Assembly (NCBI RefSeq): GCF_009914755.1
Contig: NC_060926.1
Direction: 5' to 3' (one strand)
DNA length: 64,000 nt
DNA from: the human T2T-CHM13v2.0 reference genome, Homo sapiens
Shown: in pieces, positions 30,409-45,540 of the stretch
How the letters are laid out: the number at the start of each line of letters is the position of its first letter
How positions within the stretch are numbered: the stretch's first letter is position 1
The notes under the pieces: generated by a model
What the model saw: the letters and a program-made list of their open reading frames with translations, nothing else
Databases searched by the model: none
What the model was told of the DNA's origin: nothing
Program-made: the position numbers and the translations under genes

Positions 30409-32850
30409 ATAAATTGTGAGACATTGATGGTAGTAATAGTGGAGATATTTTGGAGTTAATTGTGTGAGTTTGGGAAACTTTCTTAACTTTTTATCTTTCT
30501 TGTATGTAAAATACGGAAATTGAACTAGGATGTCTTTCTTGACCCAAGTATGGTTCCATGCCAGAAACTTTTGTGTGAATAGAGATACCATAGCCTCTAA
30601 GGGATCCAAAGACGTTCTGAAGTCACATAGATCCTATCACAGCAGCACTCCAACTTATTCCAGAGACAAAACAGCTCAAATGCAAGCAGCCACACGGGCA
30701 CTTTTCTCATGACCCTTTTGTGAGAATCAAATTCTGAATGACAGATCAGCTCAGAGACCTCTTCTCTGCCTAATGAACAACAACTTTGTAGTCCTAATAG
30801 CTACTGCTGTTTAGAACAAGATAAGAGAATAATTTCCCCATCCAATTGGATACCCATTTGTTGCATGTCCTTTCTATTTCAATTGAGAGGCATCTTATCT
30901 GTCATTATTTTAACTTTGTATAGGAGGGAGTTGAGGTCTGATTAAATCAAAGAAGCACATCAGAAAATTTCCTTTCATTATTATAAAATGAGTTTGAGTC
31001 ACATGACCATTTGTAAAAGAAATCCGTGACATAGAACTTAACTTTCTCCAGGGCGTATGTTATATATACAGGATTTATATACACTAATGTTAGAATAAAG
31101 ACAACCATAGTTATTACTTATTTAGCACCTGTAAAAACCAGGTACTAAGCTATGTAGTTTTCATTCAAACCTTTAAAAGACAAGTAATAGGCAATGAGGC
31201 CAAGATTTTCACCCAGATCTGTCTGACTCTGTAGTCCAAGATTGCACAAAGAACATGCTTTTTATTAAGTTGACACTGAACTTAACTTAAAGATTAGGAC
31301 TGTGCCATGGGCTGCTTTGTGAGATATATTTCAAAAGCACTGGTGGCACAGCCAGTTGTCAATGCACTGGATTACTCTTGAATCAAGGATAACGGAATGT
31401 TTTTTGTTTGGTTTGTCTTTTAATTGGTAATTTTAAATATGTGCCCAAGGTGTCTTGGCACTGCTAATGAAATAATCCAGATCCCTTGTGGGTAGAAGAA
31501 ATGGGAAGAACTGGTAACCTGAATTTGACTATTGTTAAAGAATTCATGCAGTCTTAGTTTCCTCTGTAAGTCAGCTGGTATTTTTCAGGCATTCTGCAGA
31601 GAGGGAATAGTATTTTCGTGGGCAAACTAGAAGACAATGAAAGATTGAAACTGGAAGAAAATGGGAGACAGCAAAGGAAACAAACATTATCCCCAAAGCC
31701 TTTTGGGTAAAAAAGATGAACATTCGAGGGTTGCATGGCAACCAGAGGTACCAAGCTGAAGCATTCACTTAGAACAATTGCTGAAAACAGAAGTAAAATC
31801 ACCATCACAGCAAAACCTACAAGATATAACTGAAGCAGCAATCTGATAAAAGCCAACTTTCAACACTATCAAAAGAGAAAATGTATGAATTAAGACTTCA
31901 ATTTAAGATATGACAGGCATCTACAAGTTAATATGTAACTTCACAGAGTCTGAGCCCTGACCAACAGCAAATAGTAAGTGAAATAGAGGTATAATACCCT
32001 AGAGAAATAAATAATCCTTAAGTAAGTCTGTTATTCAATGCTTTTGTATGACATTAAAAAGATATCAGGTCATCTTTTTGCCTCATGACAGCTTTTGAAT
32101 AATAATTTTTCTTAACAGTAGAAAATAAAACAATAAAAAATGACATGGAAGTTATGAAATAATGCTATGAAAATAATGAAATAAAAAGATTCATAATTAT
32201 TTAAAAGTATTTTATTATTTGAAACCAATATGAAAGGTAAAGCCCCTGCCATTTTTATCAAGAAGAAAAAAAATTAGAGATTAGGAAGGCAAAGAACAAT
32301 AGCATAAAAGAAATGAAAATTATCAAATATAAGCATGAAATTGAATAACAATCAATCCAAAACTACAATAAAATTATATTTTTGACAAATACTTAAAACA
32401 CCAACATGGGCAGTTTTTACGACCTTAAATATATGAATGAGCGATAATTGAAGAAGAAAATATAAAAGTTACATAAGAGGTAAGCCTGGAAAGAGGGAAA
32501 CCCACCACCACATCCTATTGAATTACTTGGTAAATTATTTTAAACATTTAGCTTTTGCCTTATTTTTGTGGGTCCTCAGAGGTTGCACTTTTAAGCAAGG
32601 GAGGCAAGCAAGAACTGAAGAGAGGAAAGCTGGAGGGAGGAGCAGGAAGGAAGAAGCCCTGATCCTGGTCCTCATCCTCGACACTTCCCCAGCCTCCCCC
32701 TGGACTTGATCATCTCCAAGTTTGAGTTTTTATGAACTGCCAAAGTTATTCTCAATGGCATCTAGAATAATAGATGAGTGCCTCTTGAAAAAGAAGGGCA
32801 AACCAGACAGAAGAATTTTCCCCTTTAAAAATTTCTCCATAATCCCTGTG

Positions 32851-33037
32851 TTTATCTTTAATTTTTTATGTCCATAGGTTTTTGGGAAACAGGTGGTTTT
32901 TAGTTACATGAGTAAGTTCTTTACTGGTGATTTGTGAGATTCTGGTTCACCCATCATCCAGAGCAGTGTTCACTGAACCCAATTTGTAGTCTTTTATCTA
33001 TCATCCCCCTCCCACCCTTTCCCCCAAGGCCCTAAAG
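32851..33037 (-). mobile_element. L1PB (PB1-like) 3' end, 5'-truncated
   Basis: gttacatgagtaagttctttactggtgatttgtgagattctggttcacccatca preceded by a T-rich tail. Confidence 0.85.
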
Positions 33038-34363
<1,326 letters not shown>

Positions 34364-34369
34364 ACCTAT

Positions 34370-34700
34370 AATAAGATGCTACAACACGGTTGAACGAACC
34401 TTGAAATAGGTATGCTGGGTGAAAGAAGTCAGCCACAAATGACTATGTCTTGTATGTTTCCATTTATATAAATGCCCAGAATATGCAAATCTATAGAGAC
34501 AGAAAGTTGGTTAGCAATTTCTTATGTCAAGGAAAATGGGATTGAATGGAAGATGTGGAGTGACTACAACTGCTAACTGGTATAGGTTTCTTTTAGGGAC
34601 AATAAAAAATTCTATAATTAGATTATGGGTACAGTTGTACAATTTAGTGACTATACTAAAAAAAATTATGATATTTGAAGTATATCTTAAGATGTTAAGA
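34370..34700 (+). mobile_element. L1MB/ME-type 3' end
   Basis: tatgctgggtgaaagaagtcag...gcaaatctatagagacagaaagt...tgctaactggtataggtttctttt. Confidence 0.75.
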
Positions 34701-35529
34701 AAATACTCAAGTGGGCAGCTAAGAAACCATTCTGTATTTTCCAAAAGTTTCTGTTTTGAGCCCCTATTCTGCCCAAAGACAGTGTACTCTGATTAACTCA
34801 TTTTTTTCAGGACTAAATTCAGGCAATTTAGGATTCCTCCCCTCTCTCTTTTCTCCCTAAAATGATATCTATGTCCTCAAGGCTTTACACAGATTGTTGG
34901 CAAGAGAAGACTCTTGGTCCTTGATTAGTGTGCTCATGCCCTCACCCGTGGAAGCCTGCTTCACACCATCAAGTCCTTGGGTTAAACCATTACTCCAGCT
35001 GACCTCAACTGGCCCCAGGTCATTGCATCCTTGCTTCATTCTTCCCTGCCTTCCCTCACCCTAGAGCAAAACCCAGCAGATATACTAGCTTTCCCTACCA
35101 GCAGTATTTCACTCCCTTTTCAGAGCAGAGGGAAGACACCTGCCTCAGGCTTTTCTGCCCCCAACACTTGCGGCCAGGGTGGCTCTGAGAAACCCAGCAG
35201 AGCTGCCACTGCTAGTCTAAGTGACGAACACAGACTACTCAATTCTCATATCACCCCCAAAAATTATTCTGTTGCTTTCCTCACTTGAGCCTAATAACAG
35301 CCTGTGAGGTGAGGGGGAGGAGAAGAGCCCCTTCTCAACTCTCACCAGTATCTAACTTCTCTGGTCCTTTTCTTGAGCTGGGGTAGGGAGGGTTGTTGGG
35401 GGAAGAGTGAAAGTAAAAACTGGTTCAAAAGTATCCATTCAATATCTTTCTTCCATGCACTCTATATACCTGGGCCAAGGCTTTCGAAATTAGTAGTCTT
35501 AAGTATGATGCCTCCTTTCTCATACCTGG

Positions 35530-35903
35530 TGATATGATTTGGCTGTGTCCCCACCCAAATCTCATCTTGAATTGTAGTTCCCATAATCCCCACATGTCAT
35601 GGGAGGGACCTGGTAGGAGGTAATTGAATTAGAGGGGTGGTTATCCCCATGCTGCTGTTCTTGTGACAGTGAGTGAGTTCTCATGAGATCTGATGGTTTT
35701 TAAGGGGCTTTTCCCAGTTTGCTTGGCACTTCTTGCTGCCGCCACGGGAAGAAGGATGTGTTTGCTTTCCCTTCTGCCATGATTGTAAGTTTCCTGAGGC
35801 CTCCCCAGCCATGCTGAACTGTGAGTCAATTAAGCCTCTTGCCTTTATAAATTACCCCGTCTCTGGCATGTCTTTATTAGCAGTGTGAGAATGGACTAAT
35901 ACA
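35530..35903 (+). mobile_element. THE1 (THE1D-like) solo LTR
   Basis: tgatatgatttggctgtgtccccacccaaatctcatcttgaattg...gagaatggactaataca; 5-bp TSD cctgg. Confidence 0.93.
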
Positions 35904-37289
35904 CCTGGCAAGCCCTAGTGGGGAAAGGTCACAGGGTTAAAACAACACCCTGTCATACCAACTAAATGTCTTACGCTAGGTGGCTTGATGACATGAACTT
36001 TGTGCATTTTCCAAAAAATGGAATATTAAATAGCCATTAAAATTTATGTTGTAGAATAATATTGAATAATATGTAAATTTCAATTTTGTAGAAAAAATGT
36101 ACATTATATTCAATAATAAGACTAGATAAACATCCATCAACAAACTCAGTGATTACCTCCAGGCGGTGAGATTATGCATGGTTTTAATGTTATTTTTTAT
36201 TTTTAGTATTTTCAAAATGTCCTAGTGATTATGCATTGCTTATATAATAAAAAATGTCAAACAAAAAATACTGCTAAATGAACTAAGCATCTTCTGACCC
36301 TAAGAGGCATGTGACCAGGAGGCATTCTACCCTGGGGATTCTGCAGGAGGTGAGCTCCATCCTGGGACTGCTTCAGGAGCTTAAAACTGAGTAAATCCGG
36401 GTTCCAAACAGAGTTTTTCATGAAGAGAACAAGGGTAGCAGAGGAGTGGGTGTGTGGGGGGTGTAGGGAGAGCTCTGAATAGGAAAAGATCCCCTAAAGC
36501 AATATTGTAAGTGCAAAATAAATAACAGAACAATTATTGTCTGTGTTGCATTAGGTTTTATAATACCATCTGTAAGGGTTTTTCAAATACAACAAAAATG
36601 AAGGCTTTGGGAGACAGAGACTGGACATTTTTCAAACGTAAGCACCAAAGATAAATGGAAAGTGTGGGGAATAAGATGATTCCAAATCTCATGGCCCCAG
36701 GAGGCTCTAGAAAATATAACAGAAACAATAGGAAACAATCTTCAATCTGGCAACCTAGTATAGCTATTAAGAAGTGCTCTGCCACATCCACGTTGCCTGA
36801 AAGAGCAAACGCAAATCAATGTCCAGAAGAGAGGATCCCTCCAATTTACACCCTTCCTTCCAAATCCTTCCTCACTACTACCTCCCTGCCCTTTCTTCTG
36901 ATTATTAGACTTATACATGGAATTTTCTAAAGTGACACTGAAGTTAATTCTGACTTCATCTAGAAAAAGTTCTAAAGATATTTTTTTAGTGATCCTTTCT
37001 AAGAACATTAGAAATGCCATCCCGTGATGAACCAATGGTGTCATCCTACTCAGCCTTTTTCAGTAGCACCAAGCCGTGCTTTATGGAAAATGATGGCTTC
37101 CCTTTGTGACATCAACTGCAAAATGTTAAGGGCATATATTAATGCTATATATATTCCTAAATTTTTCAAGAACATATTTTGGAATTATGTTTTGGAAAAT
37201 TATCTAAAACCTTTTTGCACATAATTATATTGGTAGGGTGAACCATTTTTTGAGACAACAACTTTTTGGTAGGCATACCTGTCACAAAG

Positions 37290-37460
37290 AAAATTGGACT
37301 TGGAATCACTAAATCAAAAATTAAAATTGTTCTCCACTACCAGTTTGAACAAATATTTTAGCCTCTATGAATCTCTATTTTCTTGTTTCCAAATGAGAGA
37401 AATATTTCTAAATTGTCCTGTAATTAAATGAAAAATTATGAAGCATTTAACAAATATCAA
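37290..37460 (+). mobile_element. MIR spanning the inner boundary of the right arm
   Basis: ttggacttggaatca...ttgaacaaatattttagcctctatgaatctctatttt...taattaaatgaaaaattatgaagcattt. Confidence 0.55.
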
Positions 37461-38531
37461 ACCCTTCTCTCCATTTATTATTCACTCTGAAAAGTAATAT
37501 TTCTCTGTATTTTTCTCTGAAGTCTCATTTTTTAAGCTTAATGGGAGTATATTATCAATGGGATCAATACTGTATCACTGGGAATACATTATCCTGCTGA
37601 TCTCAATACTCTGTTCTTCAGAGATTTAGTGAAGAAGTTACCCTATGCACTTAATCTTCATAATTACATGGATTTTATGAGATCTTCCATTGATCTTTAT
37701 CTTTCTAGGTCACCATTAGATTTTAATGGTTCAACTTCACATAGGGATTCTTCTATTCTCTACAATAAAGCCAGAGCACTCCTGCGAGAAAATGGGGAAA
37801 ATTTTGTAACTCTGTTTATACCCTATCAACAGGTCCACATTAAAATTTAAACATTTCCAAAATTATGACTGGTGTATATGAAAAATGTAAAACGAGAACT
37901 CGGGAATCAGATTTAACTTGTTGTTGTTTTTGTTAAGAATCTATCATCCCATTCTGCATCATCAAATCCTAACTTGGGTGCCTACTATGTTTCCTGTGCT
38001 CTGCTAAGAATAAGACCCCTATTAAAATAACGGAGACAGAATTTCTATCTTTAAAGCTTTTGATCAGGATCAGAAGGTATATTATCCATAAGAAATACAA
38101 AAGGAATAAATATGTATTAGAAGAATGCTGAAAAATGTTGTTAACCATAGGCCAGGCCTCATTCTCACTTCTGTACTGTCTTACAGTAATGGTAATCTTC
38201 TAGCACCACAAGATTAAGGTGAGAAAGAGTACAAAGATCTACAGACTCATAAACCTTAGAATTTTTATAGAGACCAAGAGTTTCTCTTCATCTTAACTTT
38301 CTTTATATTATCCTTCCAATTCAATAGCTTCCCCTGTCCATTATAACATGACCCATATCTCATAATAAGCAGTAGAGGCCGTTGCCAGAAAGAGAGAAGA
38401 AAACATTGGTGTTTGCTGTGTTGATCTAATTTGGGGACTTCAAGGTACCCTGATAAGTGGAGACCTGGAGTCATATTTGAGTAGCCCTCATCTAAAGCAG
38501 GTGCCACTGACAGCTTGGTGCCAATGATTCT
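37439..38531 (-). repeat. Right arm of inverted duplication
   Basis: Reverse complement of 33038-34363 without the Alu insertion. Confidence 0.97.
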
Positions 38532-38899
38532 GTTCTTAGAAAAATCTCCCTCCCCAAGGCTAGCATCAACACACAAGACAGACACCTTAGGTACACAGTT
38601 CTGACCAGAATAATGAGAAAGTCAGACATCCTGTTTCTGGTTATATGCTTGTCATGCATAAGACTATGAAATTTTCTACTTTTAAGCAAGATGCAGAATT
38701 TCACCAAGAATATAGGGTGTTAGAGAATATTTCAGTCATCCTAAGAGATACTCTTCTAGGAAAAAAAAGGGAAACAAATCAAGGACAAACTGAGAGTGGG
38801 AGGGGTGAGAATGGAGGAGATTTGAAATAGTTTCTGAATTCTTTTACTCCCATGAGTCCAGTGTTCTCCTTTCATTTTTCTGCAAGCCTCCCCACCCCA

Positions 38900-39090
38900 A
38901 GATACAGTGTAATTAATGCTGCTTCAAATAGAATGAACTGTGCATACTACAAGTGTTTAGAAAGAAGAGACCTCAGGTGGGTTAGTAGATTGAGGAGTTT
39001 CATGGAAGAGGTAGGATTTCAACCAGTTAAAGATAGTAAAAGGTTTCAAAAGACATGGAGACGTGGGCAAAATATTCTTCAGCATGGAAG
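38900..39090 (-). mobile_element. L2 fragment
   Basis: gagtttcatggaagaggtaggatttc...aaagatagtaaaaggtttc resembles antisense L2. Confidence 0.5.
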
Positions 39091-40194
39091 ACTTAAAGTT
39101 GATTCACACAAAGCAAATTTACTATTTACAATTCCTCCTTCATTTTAATCTTTCCATAGGTTTGTGTTTCTGCCCTCCTTGATATGGAAGGAGAATCAGG
39201 ACACAGAGATAATGAATTTATTAAGCTGAGTTTTTAATCCCTAACTGCAGTTTATTTAGCCAAGAAAATAAATGTTAACTGGCTAATTTACATGTCTCTT
39301 CCATAAGCCACATAGGTTGTAAAGTCTTTACTTTTTGAAAAAATACAGTATAATGAATACTCTACCTGGTTACTTTTTAAATTAATCACCGTATTCATAG
39401 AAAGGAATCAACACCAGAATCTTATACTAACAGTATAATTCAGAATAATGGTCTTCCTCCCTCCACTGTAATCAGCTTCTGCTGGTTTGTCTATTTTGCA
39501 GGATTTATGGCTTATATTTCAGTGTTGCTATGGTTATCCCAGCTTCTTCCCTTTGGTCTGTTAACAATGAATATTTTAGAGATCTTTTACTTGATACTCT
39601 TACTGATGTTTTTTCTACTTCATGATGTAAAGCTAGAATCAATATGTTTTTCCTTCTACTTTATTTATGAGACTATAATCTCACTGAGTCAAAGCCTGAA
39701 AGAAATCTTGTGTTGGGTAAGTTAGAATTTTAGTACAGATGGAAACACGACTCTCAGAAACAAGTTCTGCCCATGTGAGAGGAGATGCTGACTTTTGGTG
39801 CCTGGTCCCTGCCTTTTGTCCCCAACTACCCCTTGATGATGATTTGCACTTTGGTTCTGCCCACTGTGGCTCTGTCACTCTTCTCTTCTTTCCTCTGTCT
39901 CAGGCGAGGAACCTATGACCTCATTTTCTCCAGGGTTTCACCTTAAATGGAAGAACATTTTAAAACTCACACTCAAGTGTCTGTCAGAGGGGACAATGCT
40001 CAATATATGAGAAAGAATCACAAATTACACATGATTAGGCATTATAGAAAACAAGGATGAAAGTATATAGAGGACATTTGAAGTCTAATGCTAGAGAGAC
40101 AATGCCCTGAATTACTGTCACAACAGTCAATGTTTAGACCAAAATGTGCTATGCAAAGAATAAGCATTGGGATCTGAGGAAAAGATCTATGACT

Positions 40195-40677
40195 CCTTTT
40201 TTATTGTAAATTGAAAATTTATAATGGTATAAATTTATAGGGTGCAAAGTGATGTTATGATTTACAAATACAATGTGGAATAACTGAATCAAGCTAGTTA
40301 ACATATCTATCACCTCAAATACTTAATATTTTTATGTTGAGAACATTTGAGATTTACTCTCTTAGCAGTTTTGAAATGTACAATACTTTATTATTAGCTA
40401 TATTCATCATACTTTTCAATAGAACTCAAAAAAATACTATTCAGCCTTAAAAAAAAGAAGAAAGTTGTCATCTGTGACAACAGGGATGGAATTGGAGAAC
40501 ATTATGCTAAGTGAAATAAGTCGGGCACAGAAAGATAAATACTACTTGTTCTCACTTACATGTGGAATCTAAAATGATGGAACTCATGGAAACAGAAAGT
40601 AGAATGGTGGTTACAAAGGTTGGGGAGTAATAGGAAGATGATAGTCAAAGGATACAAAATCTGTTAGATAGAAGAAG
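40195..40677 (-). mobile_element. L1MA 3' end with 5' inversion; ~40195-40427 antisense, ~40430-40677 sense
   Basis: T-tail plus aacatatctatcacctcaaatactt, then sense attatgctaagtgaaataagtc; TSD agatctat(g/a)act at 40183-40194 and 40678-40689. Confidence 0.85.
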
Positions 40678-40879
40678 AGATCTATAACTTTTGTGATTTT
40701 TCAGTTGTGGTTTGCAAGGGTATATTTTAAACTATTTCTTCCTAGGTGCTCTGGTGCCGGAGATTTACATGACCTGTGTGATTTGAAGAGAACATTCCCC
40801 AAAGGGTGTATATAACTGAGTCAAGGAGGATACAACTCTTTTTAATTTGCATTGAAGTTTTGCTTATAAAAATAGTCAG

Positions 40880-41137
40880 TGTGGGAAGATTGCTTGAGGC
40901 CAGGAGTTTGAGACCAGCCTGAGCAACATAGCAATACATCGACTCTACTTATTAAAAAAAAAAAAAAGAAGAAGAAAGAAAAATAGCCACGTGTGGTGGC
41001 ATACCTGTAGTCACAGCTACTCAGGAGGCTGAGACTAGAGGATCACTTGAGCCCAGGAGGTAGAAGCTGCAGTGAGCCATGATTGTGCCACTGCACTCCA
41101 GCTGAGTGACAGAGTAAGGCCCTGTCAATAACAAAAA
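40880..41137 (+). mobile_element. AluJ, 5'-truncated
   Basis: gattgcttgaggccaggagttt...ggatcacttgagcccaggagg...gagccatgattgtgccactgcac. Confidence 0.9.
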
Positions 41138-41929
41138 TGGAACTATGAATGGAACTATGAATGGGTATTCTTTTGCCAACTATTCATTTCAAAACTTACA
41201 TACACATCTAGGTTTCTAAAGGAAATTTTTGATAGCTTTTATGGGTAATAAAATGTTTTGGGGCTTTCTTGAATTAACTTGAGCATTTCTCAAGGACTTG
41301 CCACTCCTTGCACTAATTGTCCCTGCTAACAACCAAACTGAGACATGGTTTGACTGGCATATATCTTTATTCCCATAGCGGACTCATGTCATCAGCACTT
41401 TGTAGAATGCCTGGCAAAGCAAAAGTGTTCAATAAACGCTCATTGAATTGAAAATAATCATTTTCTCATCTTGCCTGGATCAAGAGACAAGACAGTGATG
41501 TAATCTGATTACAGACTCTTACTGAAGGCTCTGTGGTACAGGGATGAAGGGTCAGTGTGAGGCTTTCTTGCATCCTAACCCTCAGGACGAGGATTCTTAC
41601 TGATCAATTTATAAATGGGAAACATTATTTTTTTCTAGTAAATATTCATGGGGAGCATGAGCAATAAATTAGAGAATTTATGCTTATATCATTTCCAAAA
41701 AGAACATGGAGTGGCTTACTGAAATATTAATATTTATACCACATCTGTCTATTTCAAAGGAAGAATCATAAGTAGAAAAGGAGGAAGCATGTGGAAGGAG
41801 GGACTCCCTGCAGAAGAACAGGGTGAGCAAAAAACAAGAGCCTGGCATAGCCTGGCCTCTGACAGCAGTTATTAGTGCTTCAATGTAGTTGGCAGCAGTG
41901 TCCAAAAGGGGTCACAGCACAGGTAGCGG

Positions 41930-42420
41930 TGATGAAAAGAGGTCAGTGCACAGAATTCTTAGAAATGAAGCCCAGGAGATAGCATGGCCAATACTAAAGA
42001 ATTTAGACTTAACCAGTAGATAGATAGTGAGAAGCCACCAAGAGGCTTTAAGCAGGAGAGTGAGAGAATCAGATTTGTCTTTTCAGAAAAATTATTGCAG
42101 CAATAAAAAAGGTCCACTGAAGAGAGATAAAAGTAGCTGCAGGAAGATCCAATAATGGGAAAGTTTTACATCAGTCTATATATGGGGATGAAATAAGTGA
42201 ATACCACCAAGGATGAAGTGATAGGGATAGATATAAGCTTTTAAAGGAAGGTAAATCAACAAGACTTAGCCATCAGTGTAGATGGGAAGTGTAGCTGGGG
42301 AAGGGAAAGTGTAGATGCCAACATGGTTTCCTTCTTTGAAGGTGGATGTTGGTGTCTTTCACTGAGATTAGGAGTATAGGAGACAAAGCAAGACAGTTTT
42401 AAATATGTTGAGTTTCCTGA
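41930..42420 (-). mobile_element. L2 fragment
   Basis: gagaagcca...ctttaagcaggagagtgagagaatcagatttg...gttttaaatatgttgagttt. Confidence 0.65.
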
Positions 42421-42689
42421 GGTGGAGGCGAAGGGAATGAGAGTGTTGTAACTGAAAATATTTCATCAATAGGATAGAATAAAGGCTAGAAATCATCACT
42501 TATAATTATACTGTTCAATGTTGTAATGGACCTTGGTTCTTAGTTGGGTTTAAGGAGAAATTTCTATAAAACATCATCAGCCAAGTGTCTATAATTAGCA
42601 CATGCAGATTTGATGATACTCATTTGCTCTCTGTAGTGCTGAGAACAACAAATACTGTAAACATTATATGGTGGTTCCCAGATCTTTCC

Positions 42690-45540
42690 CTTTACCTCAG
42701 TCTCTGGACATGTCTATAGTCCCTGTAGCCTGCATATATTTGCAAATCCCTTGTGCACTTCTGAATAAACTCAATATTTTTGGAGACTCTCTGTTATTTA
42801 GGTTGATGTATCTTGTGTCATAAGTGGGATCTGATGTACAACACCTTCGGAAGGAATTGATGATTCTTGGAGCCAGTGTACAGTACTCACTAGAGCCCTT
42901 TAAGCTGTCCATTTCTATGGCCTGCCTTTTCTGTGCTGGTGGTCTTTTCTCAGGCCAATCCTCCCTCTTTTAGGTAAGCTCCCTGCTGACTTCATATAGG
43001 ATCTGATGTGGATAAGGTCATCTTAATAATAAAGGACCTTTGGTGAGTATATTCCTTACATTTCTATGCAACAAGAAATAGGATCTTCATGGTTCTTGAG
43101 AGATTAATAAGAAATGGAATGGGATTCTCAAATATTAAGACATGCCAGGTTTTCTGGGACTCCAGCTAGCTACATATTATGGCCCATCCTCATGCTCATG
43201 TTTAAATTGATGGGCAAATCTCATCAAGAAAAATTCAGAGCTTAAATGATCATTATTCAAACTAAGGAACAACAACTATACGGTTTTAAAGTCTGAATGA
43301 AATGCTGGCATGTAGAAGCTTCTAACTTCCCCATTTTTCTTTTTTCCCTGAATACTATGAGTTTGCTGACATTTTTTCCTTTGTATTAAGATAAAATGTC
43401 ACTGCTGTAACTGACCTTGTAGTTGGTAGAAAACTAAACAAAAATAAGTCAAAGCCTGCTTGAACGATGTTTTTCCTACGTCATTTCAATGAAATGTATA
43501 TACCAAGGAATTAACCCCTAACCTTCTTTGAGCCTAAAAGAGGGAGAAGAAAAGGGTAAAAGAGACTTATTTTACATTGCTATGGAAACTACTTTGCCCC
43601 AAATTTGGTCCTCAGCCTTCATAAGATTATTTATCAAGGACAAAAGGAAAATCTTAAAGGTCTTCTCCAAAATCATTGGTAAGAAGCTTTAACATATGAA
43701 CAGGTGAACTTCACTTGTCTAATTTTACCAGAAATATAATTTAGATCCAACTGTCTTTGTATAAACTGATGAATTTATATTACTGTGTTTTACTGTCATG
43801 ACTAAACTTTTAAAATGAACGCTAGAAGATTTTTGTTTGTGTGTGTATGTGTTCATGTGCATTTACCCATGTCGTATTTTGTGTCTACATGGTAAAATCT
43901 GGCTTAGTCAGCCAGAAATCCCTTAAGAAATTCCATTCAAACTGGCTTAAGATAAATGAGCACTCTTATAAATTAATACTTGAAACAGCAAAAATGTATA
44001 GTAATTAACCCAAATACCTTTTAGTTTATGTGACTTAACTAAATATGTAACAAATATGCTGGCTTTAATTTTGTTTGTAAAATAAAAATGAAGATGTCTT
44101 CAGAATTGTTAGCATGTATTTTCTTTCACCTGGACTTACTGGTCAAGCAGAGTGATATTTGTCTCTGCTAAATGTTTAAAAACAGAATGATCAGTGTTAA
44201 TATAACTCTTTGATAAGGAAAGCTAGTTTAACATTGTTGGTTTAGTGAAAACAGCTATATCTTCTGAGTTATTGGCAAAATATCCAGATATTTAACTTTA
44301 ACATTCATACTTAGGTGAATACCTGATATTCACAGGCTATAAAAATAGTTAGCAGAAAAATAATAGAAAGAATGACTAGCTTTGTCTAATACCTCAGTTT
44401 TCATGAGAAATCTAAGCATAACTACAAGAAATAAATTAGGTAAATGTAAATTGAGTAAATGTTTGCAAATAAATTTTTCATGAAACTTGAAATCTTAAAG
44501 CTATGATTTATTGAATTAACAGATATTCATTAAATGCCTAGGTCATTTCCAATTAAGACAAAATACTGAAACATAAATTGCTGAACATTAGGCTTAAATT
44601 CATCTACTTTTGGCTTCTTATTACAAAGAAACAAAATATATTTGAGTCTATTAATAGATCTGTCTTGTTTCACATTGAAAAATTGTTCTATAAAGAAGCT
44701 CATGTTTCCAAAAATTATTAAGGTGTACATCCATAAGCTGTTCATATATGACAAACAATTCAAAACTGCTTACTTCTTAGGTTTCCACTATAAATTAAGG
44801 TTATCAAAATTCAAAAATTTTAATTAATATGTGCAATTCTATATGAAAAGTTCAAAAAAGAAAATTAAGGGGTGTGTGTGTGTGTGTGTGCATGTGTTTT
44901 TCTTGAGAAAGTGTCTCGCTCTGTCTCCCAGGCTGGAGTGCAGTGGTGTGATCTCAGCTCACTACAACCTCCACCTCTCAAGTTCAAGTGATTCTCCTGC
45001 TTCAGCCTCCTGAGTAGCTGTGTGCACTACCATGCCCAGATAATTTTTTTGTATTTTTAGTAGAGACAGGGTTTCACCATGTTGGCCAAGCTGGTCTCGA
45101 ACTGCTGACCACAAATGATCCACCTGCCTCAGCCTCCCAAAGTGCTTGGATTACAGCACTATGAGCCATCGTACCAGCCAATATGTGTTTTTGATGAGAA
45201 AAATTATAAAGAAAACAGAATATGTCTTTCGTTAAGACGTATAATTTAATCTACTTGGAGGTTGTTTAAACGTTGTTTCAAAAAGGAAACGGGAAGAAAA
45301 TAAAAACAAAGCAGAAAGAAACGAATAGTAGGAGTGAGAGATGTGAGGAAAGTTTTAGGTATGAAGATGTACTTTTGTTAAGGACGAGAAGAGAAAGGAA
45401 GAAAAGAGAATAAATTTTGTATGAGAAAGAATCTTATGTGGCAAAGTTTTGTCCTAACATAAAATGACGGGTTATTTAAGCAAGATGAAGTATAGGACAA
45501 AACTAGAATTCTAAGTTTGCCATAGATGGTCTGAAAAAGT
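42690..45540 (+). mobile_element. ERV1 (MER4-group) internal-region fragment, non-coding
   Basis: aaatggaatgggattctcaaatattaag...ccaggttttctgggactccagctagctaca; ttaggtgaatacctgatattcacaggctataaaaatagtt; typical MER4-group internal sequence. Confidence 0.7.
44898..45179 (-). mobile_element. AluS in ERV internal sequence, next to (GT)n
   Basis: Antisense Alu; TSD atgtgttttt. Confidence 0.92.
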
